From Octopus bimaculoides (taxonomy: Eukaryota), in assembly GCF_001194135.2 (NCBI RefSeq), contig NC_068981.1, positions 62,342,736 through 62,406,602 on the forward strand: 63,867 bases of DNA, written 5' to 3'. Below are positions 27,430 to 39,995 of this stretch, piece after piece. The notes under the pieces were generated by a model. The model made no database searches. It worked only from the letters and a program-made list of their open reading frames with translations, and had not been told where the DNA came from. Position numbers and translations under genes: made by a program. Numbering within the stretch: position 1 is the first letter of the stretch; the number at the start of each line of letters is the position of its first letter.

Positions 27430-27830
27430 GTACATCGAGAAGTTGATTATGGCATAGTATGTTCCTTGTAAAGCATGACGCGTCTCCTCTTTGTACAACT
27501 CTGATGCTAAAGTTTGGTGCTAGCCATAATAAGGATAATATATATGCATATATATGCGCAGTACATTTATCCTGTCTTCGGTCCAGTGAACAGAGTTGTT
27601 ATTATTTCAGTCTCTCCCAGTAGCAGAACTGTTTCAGTGACTGAGACATCTTGATGAAGTAGCGATAAATTAGCTCGAGTCCCGCTATTGATATTACACT
27701 GTGGTGTGACCATAGTAGAGTGTAGCATTCCAGACATTAGAGGCCAATTGTTTTTCATGGAACCAGCATAATTTCCTGTTCCTTTTTTATTCTTTACAAA
27801 CAATACACAATTCTTCAAGTGAACTACAAT
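27430..27830 (-). mobile_element. CR1/L2-group LINE 3' coding remnant
   Basis: Minus frame RYFIKMSQSLKQFCYWERLK**QLCSLDRRQDK then WLAPNFSI resembles LxYWERLKxLxLYSLxRRRER..LVPNFGI. Confidence 0.5.
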
Positions 27831-28397
27831 ACTCTCCTATTTCTAGCATATTGGATGTCCACCTAGTGGTCATCCCTTCTTATACGCATGTAATACATTT
27901 TTTTCTGAATTATCAGATTTTTATATACTAGACCACTGGTTTTAAATTGAAATTAATATTCAATTTATCACCCTCAGTATATATATATATAGTTAATCAA
28001 ATATATTCAATGAGAAAGCAATATATTGAATTCTTTAATAAGTGCTCTTGGTAGGGAAATGCCTAAAACATTAAAGTATTTAGACATTTAATAAAAGCTA
28101 TTATATATTATATTATAAAATACGTGCAGGAAAATTACATCAGAAAATCATCACAGAAGATATGAGTTCAAAATAATATTGCATTAATAGATAGATGTAT
28201 AAATATATTAGCTAAATGTATAAATATATATATTTATATATACCAAAATTAATTATACAAAGTTGTACTTCACTCACATCCTCATATTTGTTCTTATTCT
28301 TACTGCTACTCTTTTTCTGCCCTTTTTAAAAAAGCCAAACCCACTGTACCTATTGTTAACTGTTTCTTACATGTATTAACCCTCCCAACCACTTATA

Positions 28398-28523
28398 CCC
28401 TCTGACGAAGCCTAGAGGCACATTCATCATCCAAACTTTATCTGCCCATCCCTACAGAACACTGAAGTGATGGAGATAGCATGGAGGATTTCGTTGCTTC
28501 TTAGCAGAAACGGCTGTAAGAAA
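28398..28523 (+). ncRNA. Degenerate HHR with long helix II insertion
   Basis: ct CUGACGA a GCCUAGAGG..(~80 nt)..CUUCUUAGC a GAAAC GGCU GUA/ AG. Helix I is only 2 bp. The 3' box GAAACGGCTGTwAGAAA matches 38481. Confidence 0.4.
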
Positions 28524-30719
28524 CTGGCATCTTTTGCTCTTTTCTGTAATATTAGTACATGCGTATGCAATACATGGTAATATATGTGTATGCATTCATC
28601 TAATACATTCCAATACTTTAGAATAAATTGACATACTAAAATGTCTACCGGCTGATGTATGTCGTTTTTATATCCTCTCCATTTTCTTATCTGTCGTATA
28701 AATTAATGGTAAACCACTTTTTTACCATAGCCCATATATAACACTCAATTTCGAGCTTGCCACGCAATAACTAGCACTTGGGTACAAATAAATGTGTACA
28801 CTACCAGCAGTATATTGGATAGGTACTATACCTTAGTTGGTTGGTTTCCCAACCTCTAACTCACACATAAATATATTTATATAGATATCTATTAATACAA
28901 TACTGTTTTAATCTTCTGTGATGATTTTTTGATGTACTTTTCCTGCACTTATTTTATAATATAATATAATATAATATATATACATGTGTGTGTGTATGCA
29001 CACATACACATATAGAGAGAGATTGAGCGAGAGAGAGAAGTGGTAGCAGTGACTCTCTTTTTGTCTTTTTTCACAGCGTATTGTACTTTAATTTACAATA
29101 CTCAAATATATTTAGGGGGACCAATGACGTGTATATTATATTTGATATAATCAGTTTTTCAAACACTTTTTTGCATTTTCATAATTTATCACTTCACCAT
29201 CTTATAGCAAAGCGTTAAAAATCTTATCTTAACTTTAATAGCCTTCAGTATCAGCTTGAAAGGAAACAAATCTAGCAAAAACAAGGAAAATTATTAACAA
29301 ATTTTTTTATAACATCTCATTTTCCCATTAGAACCCAAATGCTTCCTGCTATAATTCAGAATATTGCGTGACAAGAATTTCTCATATAAACACACTGCCA
29401 ATAAAATTCAATACGATGTAAGAAAAAGGATGCGATGTTCACTTTGCTGTTCACAGGCACTACTTTTCGCCTACACCATTCAAATTTTGAACCTACTGCT
29501 TCAGCATGTTTTTGAAAGTCTACAAGAAAATATGATAAGGGAACGAATATCAAGAGTTCTTTAAGGATAAAAAGTGGGGAATCTGTTCTGTTAAGGCGCT
29601 CAGAAATGAATGGCTTAGAGTTACGAAGAAGAGACGTAATGCTTAAATACATCCCGGATGAAAGGTTTAGCAACGTGTTTTTTTTCCAGGGGAGTAAGGA
29701 GTGCCGTAGCTATAGCACGCGGAGAAGACTTGTGAAACAAATGTATATTGGTTTAAAGTGTATAATGGTGAACCAGTCCATTATTGCTGCAGTCAGATAA
29801 CCTGGTGATTATTCCATCATCTGTTGTTGTTGCTTTTTTTGGCCGAACTGCTAAATTACGGGGATCTAAAGAAACAAACACCGGTCGCCAATAAGAAGCC
29901 ATCTTTGAAATAGAGTGAACAGAGATGAAGCAATATGTCAAGGGGAGCAATTTTTATTTTTTCATGAAGATCTTCATTGTTTTTGGCAAGCATACAGTTA
30001 CAAGGGTTATTTCATTTTACATACTACTAGATTATAAAGATTAAGCAGTAATGTGTGAATGAGTGTATATGCATATATTTTATGCTCTAACATCACATTT
30101 TCTCTCTTGTTATATATATATATGTATATATANNNNNNNNNNNNNNNNNNNNNNNNNNNNNNNNNNNNNNNNNNNNNNNNNNNNNNNNNNNNNNNNNNNN
30201 NNNNNNNNNNNNNNNNNNNNNNAGTATCAATGGTAATTTACACCTAAAAATTGTGGTTGGCATACAGATATAACATTTTTTTGTACATGCTGAAATTCCA
30301 TAATTAAATAAAATAATTCAGTCCACTAGAAAATGAAGGATAAAGTAATTACCAAGATATGAATACTTTCTCCATAAGATTCATGTCGGACCTCTCATGA
30401 CTCAGGTTTGAATATGAATAGGTGTCCAGGAGTCAAATAATTAAGTGACAATTAGTAATACTATAAAAACGATTTGGTGTGTAGTTCTGGTTTGTATTTT
30501 TACCTTTTTTTACCTTTTTTCTGATTGCTTTTATTTTTATTTGTGACGTGCACTATATATTCAAGTTAAGTTCTGGTTTGCATTTTTCAATAAATGTAGC
30601 CTCTTTATTTAGCCCTTGTTCATTTGAGGTCCTTTCCGTTCATTGGTATAGTGGCAATATTGTGAATTGTGATTGGCGTTCCTTAGCACATCTCTCTATA
30701 TGACAACTGAGTGGTATTT

Positions 30720-30952
30720 GACGGTATTTGGCAGAATCGTTACCACGCCGAGCGAAATGCTTAGCGGTATTTCGTCTGCCGTTACGTTCTGAGTTCAAAT
30801 TCCGCCGAGGTCGACTTTGCCTTTCATCCTTTCGGGGTCGATAAATTAAGTACCAGTTACGCACTGGGGTCGATGTAATCAACTTAATCCGTTCGTCTGT
30901 TCTTGTTTGTTCCCTCTATGTTTAGCCCCTTGTGGGCAATAACGAAATAGGT
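30720..30952 (+). mobile_element. tRNA-headed SINE family B, near full length
   Basis: ggcagaatcgtta..gagttcaaattcc (B box)..gtcgactttgcctttcatcctttcggggtcgataaattaagtaccagt..A-rich tail. Confidence 0.85.
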
Positions 30953-31259
30953 ATTGGGTGGTATATTTGTTGTCTATGTAGCGTTGATCCTATATAGTTC
31001 TTACTGCAGCTGGAACATGTTATTGCGTATATGAGATTTTCAGAGGCGCATGTGAAGTCAGTTATAATTTCAAACATTTGTCCCTGTTTAGACTGGAATT
31101 CTAAGCCGTCAGTTACGTTGGGACATGTTCCACAGTTCGGTCGTCCACATTTTGTAACTCGCTTCCGTTATTTTTGGTATAGTTTTGAATTTGTGAGTAT
31201 ACGCTTTAGTGGTTTTCGTTGTGTGCTGCTTTTAATAATTTTATGTGTGTAGAGAATTT

Positions 31260-31650
31260 CATACAGCTTAGGATCCTTATCTAGCATTGGAAGATTTTTG
31301 GATAGTAGTGTTATCTGTTTCTGGGGTTGTAGGTGGAAATATAATTTTATATTTTTGGAGTCACTGTGTTGTTTGGTTTGACTTCTCTTAGTGTTTATAT
31401 ATTAATTCTTTTTGCACGTTTTATCTCAACACGTATAAACGAAGTTGGGTCGTGTCTGGCAACGAGTATGTTTTTAAGTTCTTCTAGAATAAGCTTTCTG
31501 GTGTTTTTTCCGACACTATTCTGCAGATTCTTCTCGCTAAGTTCAATGAGATGTTTATTTAAATATGACTCTGGTGGCATGAGGTAAATAATAAATATAG
31601 TTTAGAGTTTGTAGTCTTGTGAAATATGTCGGTTTCTATCTCTTTATTTG
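31260..31650 (-). mobile_element. Neptune-type PLE RT motif 7/thumb fragment
   Basis: IETDIFHKTTNSKLYLLFTSCH then LEELKNILVARHDPTSFIRVEIKRAKRI..YISTYNPRN. Confidence 0.7.
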
Positions 31651-32168
31651 CTTTTATTATTATTATATTTAGAAAAGGCAGTTCCTTTTTGCTGTGTTCC
31701 ATTGTGAATTGTAAATTTGTATTTATGCTATAGAAAAGTCATTTGAATTCCAAAAGCTTCTCCATGTTCTCATTCCAAAGAATGAAACTATTACTCAAAT
31801 ATATTTCCAATTTTCCTGTATGTATTGGGAAAGGGGATTTCTGAATTTCGTGATCGACTCCTGATATACAGAAAGGACCTCAAATCAACGATGACTAAAT
31901 AAAATGGCTACATTTATTGAAAACTACAAGCATGAATATATAATGGAATTCACATATGAAAGAACTAACGAGAAGGAAAGGAAAAACAGATTTATCTCCC
32001 CTTAGCTAAGAGATATTATATCTATTAAATATCTCTATAACTAAAAACATTATATTCATTGATTATCCCCCTTGAGCTATATTCTCCTGTATAACCGCAA
32101 AACTGTATCAGTATCATACCAGCTTCGTCGCAAGATTAAATCAAAAACTTATAATGATTTTTTTTTAA

Positions 32169-32208
32169 ATAGAGTCATGATTAGCAAAGCGAAACCGGTC
32201 GACTCTGT
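32169..32208 (+). ncRNA. Minimal type I hammerhead with A3:U8 core covariation
   Basis: AUAGAGUC AUGAUUA GC-AAA-GC GAAAC CG GUC/ GACUCUGU. Helix I has 8 bp (one G-U), helix II 2 bp, helix III is the palindrome ACCGGU and the cleavage triplet is GUC. Confidence 0.6.
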
Positions 32209-32289
32209 ACATATTGTCATGGATTAAATGATCTTTATCTACACAAACAAGATTGCTGTGGTTTCTCACCTTAAATCTTATTTAAATAT

Positions 32290-32324
<35 letters not shown>

Positions 32325-32946
32325 CATACATACATACATACATACATACATACATGTTATACTCATATGTCTATGGTGAGTTATTTTATTACCAAGATTG
32401 TTTATTATATTTATGTGCACATGAATGAATATGCCTGTATCAGTATACATATGCAATAAGTATGCCTCAACATCTAAGCTTTGCATAAAATGTTTTACAC
32501 TAGTAAATATACGCTTATGTTACGTGTGAATATTTAACCGTGTTTATATGTGAATATGCACACGTACGCTTGCGGGAATATATGAGAGCGTGGTTTTTGT
32601 GCTTATGCAGTGCAGTGTCTAAATGTGTCTGAGTATACACAACCGTAGAATATGAGTAAAAATTTAGTTACAGGTTATCGAATGGGATGACATCCGTCTC
32701 ATAAAGATAAAATAAGTCATGAATTATTCGTTCTGCCAATTAACCTCACATCATATCTTGACATCCGAACGGAAAACATGCACCGCACCGATAATATGTC
32801 CATTTAATTCTTGGCTAATAATGCGGGCAATCATAATTTTAACAAATTCGTGACAACCATTTTTGTATGCACACACATACACAAATACATATATAAAGCT
32901 ATATCATGTGTGTGTATATGTGTGTGCATACATTAGGAACGCCGCC

Positions 32947-33007
<61 letters not shown>

Positions 33008-33979
33008 TCATATTAGTATCATTATAAACTAGTAAATATGTAAATTGAAGTCTGGAAATTACGGAGAATGTGAAGGGGAAGAATCGTGTGTATAAAAATA
33101 AAATGTATTTTAAAGCAAAATTTTGATTTTGTAATGGGTATGAATGTTGATTATAGCTGTAGGTGTTACATGAAATGGAATTTGTAATTGCAAAGCACTT
33201 GCATATTTTTATAGAAATTTTTGCAGAAATTTATTTGGTCAAAATATTTATAGCTAAGATCTAAAAGGTGCGGTACCGAATCCTGTATGAAATGTGGAGA
33301 TTTAAATGCAAGCTTAATGTCTAAAATATAGAAGCACAAGAAATGTAAGTAGATGTGTTTTGAAATCGGTATAAGAGCTGCAGTTAACTACATAGAATGT
33401 TTTTAGTAAATAAGATCAAATCGTTTATACGGAAAGTCATGGAATGCGTGTAAAAAAAGAGAAATGCTTCTTTTGAGGGTGAATCTGTAAAAGTTGATTA
33501 TTAAGAGTATCCGTAACTTGTTATAGTAATAATGGTTATATGGAAACTGATAACACTAGATTTAGCCTTTTTCTTCTTTATTTGCAGTGTGACAAGTAGA
33601 ATATGTTCCTAAAACTTACTGTCATGATAAGGTGAAATAATGTCTAGTCCCCATGTGTTACCGCTGTTTAAGTTTGTAGAATTGTAAGGGAGAACTTTAG
33701 AAATACGTTAATATGTAAAGAGTGTTCTACATAATCGTGTTTATGATATTAGAAAATGTTATATATGATAGAATGTTAGATTTTAACTATGGCCAACATA
33801 TAAACTGAATCATTTTTCACCTAACTTTAACGCGAAAACAGACATTTACAACCTAAACAACTTTATCATCGTATTGTTTAGGTCGATGTAGCGTGTACTA
33901 CACAACAGTCTTTACTTTCAATGTATTTCTTTTTCCTGAAACAGAGTTGCTGCTTATATCATCTTCCACTTAATTGTTG

Positions 33980-34400
33980 ATGTCTCCAGTTTTATTGTGC
34001 TTCGACAATAAAATGGTGAAAATGGTGCAATAATTTTGGCATGAAGACAGCTGCATAAACCATGGTGGTCGTTAGATCTTTGCTCTTAATGTTAAAGTCA
34101 CAATCACCAAATTCTCCAAATAATGATTTGGCAGATGTTCTTTGTTCAGCATCATTTTCAGAAGCATATTTGGGAAGCTGATTTACATGTAAGGAAAATA
34201 GTTCAATTTAAAAGGCAGAAGCTTCACAGATAAAGATATTAAAATTAGTGAGATTGATCTTTCGAAGAAGTTGGACGAGGAGTTTAGACTTCTTGGCATT
34301 CACTATTATGTCCAACGAAGAATTCGTTGAATGTTTTCTGGAGTTCCTGATATATTTGATAGAGCGCAGTATTGTCATTTGCTAATTAAAACTGAGACGC
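33980..34400 (-). mobile_element. Possible decayed hAT-type transposase fragment
   Basis: Minus frame IELFSLHVNQLPKYASENDAEQRTSAKSLFGEFGDCDF..KSKDLTTTMV loosely resembles the ZMYM/hAT A..LL...DFEF..LQ.K..DL region. Further weak similarity may extend to ~36400 beyond the mariner insertion. Confidence 0.25.
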
Positions 34401-34472
34401 GTTGATTGCTAGTAAGCTGGCGAGGCCAAAATCACGCTGTATTTAATAGTCCGCGGTGAAAACGATACCATA

Positions 34473-35520
34473 CGTGGGGGTGCCTAAAAGGCATCGGTTA
34501 AGGCGTGTTTTCCACTGTTCGAAGCAGTTCTTGGACTCTCGCGAAGTGGTGCCTTGTAACACCTCCGTTGTATTTTCCTCCACCTCTTCCACATCTACAA
34601 AACGGTTTCAATTAAGGACTTTTTTTGTTCGGGGGAACAAAAAGAAGTCCCAGGGAGCATGCCTTTTTGGTCAAAAGTTGTCTCACATTCAAAGTTATGT
34701 GCACTGGCACATTGTCGTGATGAAATCATCACCTTCCCTTTTGCCACAGGTCGGGGCGTTTTCGTCTCATCGTGCCTGGCCAACGCTTCGGAACTGCCAA
34801 GTAAAATATCTGGTTAACACTTTTACCTGGAAGAATAAATTTTGTGTGGATAATTCCCTCGGCATCGATGTAACATATCTGCATCATCTTGACATTGGAT
34901 TTCATTTGACGTGCGTTTTTAGGGCGTGGTGACCTCGAATGCTTCCATTGACTTGATTGCTTCTTCGTTTCCGACTCGTTACGTAGCACCAGCTTTCGTC
35001 ACCAGTGATGACCTTCGAAAAAGTGTTCGTATCAACTTCCAACTGTTCTTTCAGATCACGCATTCAGTGGTGACTGCTTTTGATTTTCCGTGAGCATGCG
35101 AAACACAAATTTTGCTGCAACTCTTTTCATTCGCAATTCCTCGTTCAAATTTTGTGGGCAGCAGCTCCAGTATACATCGGTCATATCAACAAGTTTATCA
35201 ATTGTTCGGCGACGGTATTCCAAATCAGTTCATGAATTTTCTTAATGTTTTCATATATTCGGAAGGTCGACGGTCGCCCTGAACGAAATTTGTTTTCAAG
35301 CGACAAGTGACCATTCTTAAAGCGTGAAGACCACTCGTAAACTTATGTTTTTCTCATCGCAGTGTCCTTGTAAGCTGTTTGAATCATGAGAACTGTTTCG
35401 GTCGCCGTATTCCCCAGCCGGAAGCACGCTGTACTTTCGTTTCAGTCATTGCAAAAATCAATGAACAGTGGAGAAGCACGACAAAAGAAAGACGCACCAC
35501 GTGGCAGTAGGATACAACAC
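34473..35520 (-). mobile_element. Mariner transposon remnant (irritans-like), inactive
   Basis: N-terminus ..VYEWSSRFKNG..SGRPST; ETKKQSSQWKHSRSPRPK..VKMM..GIIH..VN..RRKRPDLW..HHDN. A TA followed by a TIR-like cgtgggggtg sits at 34471. Confidence 0.85.
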
Positions 35521-36739
35521 GGAGACGCCGGTCGGCAGACTGATGCCTGAGGATTGCCTCAAGTGGCTACTAGCGACAAAAGCCTGAACTACAATAGTAG
35601 TTATGGAATAAGTTTGAAATAATCGTAGGCATGTGTACCAACAATAATGTAGATGCGAGAACGCAACCCAATTTTATTTCAACCGGGAATAGTTAAGAAA
35701 ATGTGTTCTCCTAAATTACAAAACCTGATGCCCCATCAAACAGCGCAGGAACCAGTGAGATGAAGTTATTTAGGCAACTAAGATGTTGAAGAACTCTTCA
35801 CCTGGCATCTCATGTTCCACCGTCAAAAGCACTGTCTAAGTCGCAGTAAGTGAAAGGAGATTGAATTTTCTTGTTCTGTGTTTTGCTGTTGTAGGTGTCT
35901 TCCACAGACACTTAGTGCAACTGAACCGCGATAGTCATGAAAGCTAGTGTTATTTAGAAAGACGTTCGAGATTTTTAGAAATATTTTTCTGGTGACGTAG
36001 TGCAATGAAATTTTATGGTAGTTACGAAAGAATCATGACCTCTTTTTTTTAATACGGTTTCTTGAAATCCATTTGGGATTCGACAGTCTTTCATAACTTC
36101 AGGATCAGAGGAAAAGCTTGGTTTTGAGACGTAACTTCTAATTTCCAGTTAATTTGAAATAAGAAATATGTGGCACTGAAGATGGAGAATTCATACCATA
36201 TTTGGATTTCAAAACTCTCAGAATGTTGGCCGTACATTGATTCGTAGTTGTTCAGGATAATGTGAGGAAGTTCTCAATAAAACTTCTATCGATTTAGCTG
36301 CAACACACGGTGTTGTTTTCAACATTCGAGGATATCTTCTAGGACATGAGATCGTAGTTATCTAGATAACTTTGAAGTTGTATCGGTTTGTGCTTCTATT
36401 TACAGTTTTCTATTTCGCTGAGTTTCTTTTGAAACCTATGTTTCAATAATATAGCGAGATAGTTAAGTCTTGATCGTTGACCGCCGATAAATTATCTTTT
36501 CATGAAAAGATACCAATCTTACCTTGCCATTTAGAACACGTGTTTCGTGAAGTATTTCCACTTTTATGTATACTGATATTCATAAATAATCAATTTCTTG
36601 TCGTACCTTCAACAAAATGATCAAGATATTCTAGATTTTACATAAACTTTCCATTCATTAATAATCGTTCCGCAGCTATTTCCTACGCGTAACAAATATA
36701 TTCAAGATTAATATATTCATTCGCGTAGTATTTAATCCT

Positions 36740-37110
36740 CAGCCTAGATCGACCCGGCACTCCACCGTGCCCATGCCATCAACCGCACCGCAGCACTCCT
36801 ATCGTCTTCACGTACTTCCACCGACCGTATCCACTATTTTTCACCTACCACCAGTCCAACCTCCCTCTAATATACAATCTCACCCACAAATTCTGCGTTC
36901 CTTCTTAGTTGCAGCCAGTTTTTCAATCTGAGAGGAAGTAATCTCTGTCTTTCTTCAACTTCTCTTCTTTTGTACCTCCTGACGAAGGATTGAATCCAAA
37001 ACGTTGGATATTCCACTCCTCATGGGAAGTTTACTATACCCTTTTCACAGTTTTCTATATTTTTTCAGGTCTTGCCGACGCAGAGCTACACAAGTTTCCT
37101 AGTATTTTCC
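36740..37110 (+). mobile_element. PLE pLTR-like segment with HHR lacking G12 (36975-37008)
   Basis: ccuc CUGACGA a GGAU-uga-AUCC AAAAC GUU/ gga. Helix III is the palindrome AACGUU; G12 is changed to A. Confidence 0.4.
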
Positions 37111-37220
37111 ATATATATATATATACATATATNNNNNNNNNNNNNNNNNNNNNNNNNNNNNNNNNNNNNNNNNNNNNNNNNNNNNNNNNNNNNNNNNNNN
37201 NNNNNNNNNNNATATATATA

Positions 37221-37325
37221 GGCGCAGGAGTGTGGTAAGTAGCTTGCTTACCAACCACATGGTTGGTGAGTGGATTTGGTAAACGGAAACTGAAAGAAGC
37301 CCGTCGTATATATATATGTGTGTCT

Positions 37326-37362
<37 letters not shown>

Positions 37363-37572
37363 TGTGTTTGTCCCCCCAACATCGCTTGGCAACCGATGCT
37401 GGTGTGTTTACGTCCCTGTAACCTAGCGGTTCACCAACCGAGACCGATAGAATAAGTACTAGGCTTACAAAGAATAAGTCCTGGGGCCGATTTACTTGAC
37501 TAAAGGCGGTGCTCCAGCATGGCCGCAGTCAAATTACTGGAAAAAATAAAAAAGTAAAAGAGTAAAGAGTAA
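37221..37572 (+). mobile_element. SINE family A, internal deletion in head
   Basis: ggcgcaggagtgtggtaagtagcttgcttaccaaccacatgg..gaaagaagcccgtcg(TA)(TG)n..ccagcatggccgcagtcaaat, A-rich tail. Confidence 0.85.
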
Positions 37573-37773
37573 TATACATATATATAAAGGTTAGCAGAGT
37601 TAGCGGTTGGAATGTCCGTCTAACGGATAGAAATATCCGTTTTTACTACCGGCATAAATTACCTGCGTTAATCCTAGGCATGGATAGGCAAGCATACTAT
37701 GCTCATAGGAAACAGGCAATAACAAAGTAAACAAGACTTTATCAGGAATCAAATTTAAATTAAACAGAAAATG

Positions 37774-38572
37774 GAGAAAATCCTTGATCAACAAACAAAT
37801 TGACGACCATCGATTTTTTTTTTTTTTTTAATACAAAACTTAACATTTCTAACAGCCGTTGATATGCTATTTCTCCATACTTGTACTTTTTATTTTTATT
37901 TTTATCTTTATATCTACCCCTATAACGGTCTCAGCTTGCCCTTGGTTTTTAAATTTAACTGACCAATTATATTGTTGGTGGAACTTTGGTCAATCCCATT
38001 ACGGAAAACAGGTGGTTAGTCTTTAAAATATATCAGTAAGTATATTAATGTATTAATGCAATAAATTTATGGGCATGTTATTTGGATAAATATTAATTAG
38101 TACTATTTACGAATTCTTAAGTATTATTCTTTCTAGACCTATAGGCGAATCCCGTTATACTGAAGTACTTGTTATATTTCTATTATTATTTATACACTCT
38201 GGTGCCCCTCAAGAAAGATTAATCCACCAGTTAATTTCCTAGTTTAATCATTTGTTTATCGAATTCATGCGTTACACTGCAAAATGGTATGATTCAAATA
38301 TATCAAGCCATCTTTCCTCATCTCGAGACCCTGTTTCTTTTCTCCTCTCTTCTCTTCTTTTATTTTATGTATTTCTTTTCACCCTGATGAAGCTCCATCT
38401 ACCAGATCTGATGTGCCATAGAATATGACGAATATTATCCTCAGAATTGTATTTGGGAGCGCTGGCAGACATTGGAAGGAGAAACGGCTGTTAGAAATGT
38501 TAAGTTTTGTATTTTAAAAAAAATAATAATAATCGATGGTAGTCAATTTGTTTGTTGATCAAGAATTTTCTC
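37774..38572 (+). mobile_element. Non-coding PLE-type insertion with inverted arms 37774-37860 / 38483-38572 and HHR motif 38381-38494
   Basis: gagaaaatccttgatcaacaaacaaattgacgaccatcgat..catttctaacagccgtt is the reverse complement of aacggctgttagaaatg..atcgatggtagtcaatttgtttgttgatcaagaattttctc. CUGAUGA is at 38384 and GAAAC GGCU GUU at 38481. Confidence 0.65.
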
Positions 38573-38850
38573 TATATCCTGCTTAGTTTAAATTTATATA
38601 TTTGACCCCTCCTCAGTTGCCGCTTTATTTAGAGCTTTCAACTACAATATAGGAAAACTTCATAAAACAGCAACATTCAGAAATTTTAGAAGTATACAAT
38701 TTCTGGAGAGTTAGAGCTTCGAACGAATAAACAACGACAGGGTACACGTGCAGAGTATACAATCGTCGAAGACAAACATTAAGGACCGTGAAGCCAAGAC
38801 GCAATGTAATGTGTAACGCCTGGGAGAATATATATATATATATATATTCT

Positions 38851-38912
38851 TTTATTCTTTTATTATTTTGCTTGTTTCAGCCATGCGGCCGCGGTCGTGC
38901 TGGAGCATCACC
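38851..38912 (-). mobile_element. SINE family A 3'-end fragment
   Basis: Reverse complement of ggtgatgctccagcacgacc..gcatggctgaaacaag plus the (TATTCTTT)n tail. Confidence 0.5.
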
Positions 38913-39307
38913 ATGGTCTATCTGACTTCTTCAGTCTGGGTGTTTCACATCATCGCTCTTGCATGTGCCTTTTTTCCAGGTGTTGGTACATTTGGTGTAT
39001 AATTGAGTTTCATTCTGCTGCCCTCGTCTGTACCTCATGTCGGGCTGTTGGCTCATCCGGTATTGTGAAAAGGATGCCCAGTTCCCTTTTGAAGACATCC
39101 ACCTCCACACTATGCAAATTTCTCAGTTTTTATGGCAGGGCATTGACGAGCTGTGGGTCATATATATGTATATATATATATATATATATATAAGGGTATA
39201 ACTATACAAGAATGCCTCACGTTAACTACCGTAATAAAATCATTTTTACCGAATGCGAGGAAATGCACCCTTCAAGGAAGCTAGCCTTTTAAAAACAGAC
39301 TGAACAA

Positions 39308-39364
39308 TAGATAGCCGATTTCGTGATCACTATAGTAATATATAATCTTCACTCGTCAGTATAG
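39308..39364 (-). ncRNA. Partly degenerate hammerhead
   Basis: Minus: cuaua CUGACGA GUGA..UCAC GAAA ucggc UA/ ucua. Helix II is perfect; helices I and III have mismatches. Confidence 0.4.
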
Positions 39365-39493
39365 TATAGTCAAGACATAGAAATAAACAAAAAATCAACA
39401 TACCAAACGAAAACCTCATGTATTCTGGACAGCACATAGATTGTTTATCCCTATATATTTATGAAAAAGGCGGGCTAGGAATGAACAATATTT

Positions 39494-39543
39494 ATCAGGG
39501 TGTCTAGACAGGATCCTGTCCTATCCTGTCTAGACACCCTGAT
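39494..39543. repeat. Perfect 21-bp inverted repeat with 8-nt loop
   Basis: atcagggtgtctagacaggat-cctgtcct-atcctgtctagacaccctgat. Confidence 0.9.
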
Positions 39544-39954
39544 GGCGCATCGTTACGGCAAATACATGAGTCAGTCCGCATAACGGAAACACGACCAATT
39601 TTGAATAGCAAGTACACGTAGATAAAAGCCTTCCAATTACCCATGGTTGCAGACGTTGTTCACACACAAAATACAGAACGTGAACGTAAATAAATAAAAA
39701 AAAGTTGCATTTACGAAGAAAACAGAAAATAACAGAAAGTAAACCAAAACCAAGTCCAAAGTCTGTATATTATCTGATATGAATGAAATTTAACAAACAC
39801 ACATACTTACATATAAGCACCAACACATACGTGAGTGCACACATACGAGCGTGCACACATACGAACGTGCACACACTCACATGCTCATACCGGACAATTT
39901 CAAAACAACGCTAAATCATACATCAAAATAAAATAAATGGAAGTGGAGAGAGAA

Positions 39955-39995
39955 GTTACTGAAGAGATTGCAAGAGTGCAATGAAATGATTTAAC
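39955..39995 (+). ncRNA. Minimal type I hammerhead candidate
   Basis: GUUA CUGAAGA g AUUGCA-agag-UGCAAU GAAA UG AUU/ UAAC. Helix I has 4 bp, helix II 6 perfect bp, and helix III is near-palindromic. Confidence 0.55.
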
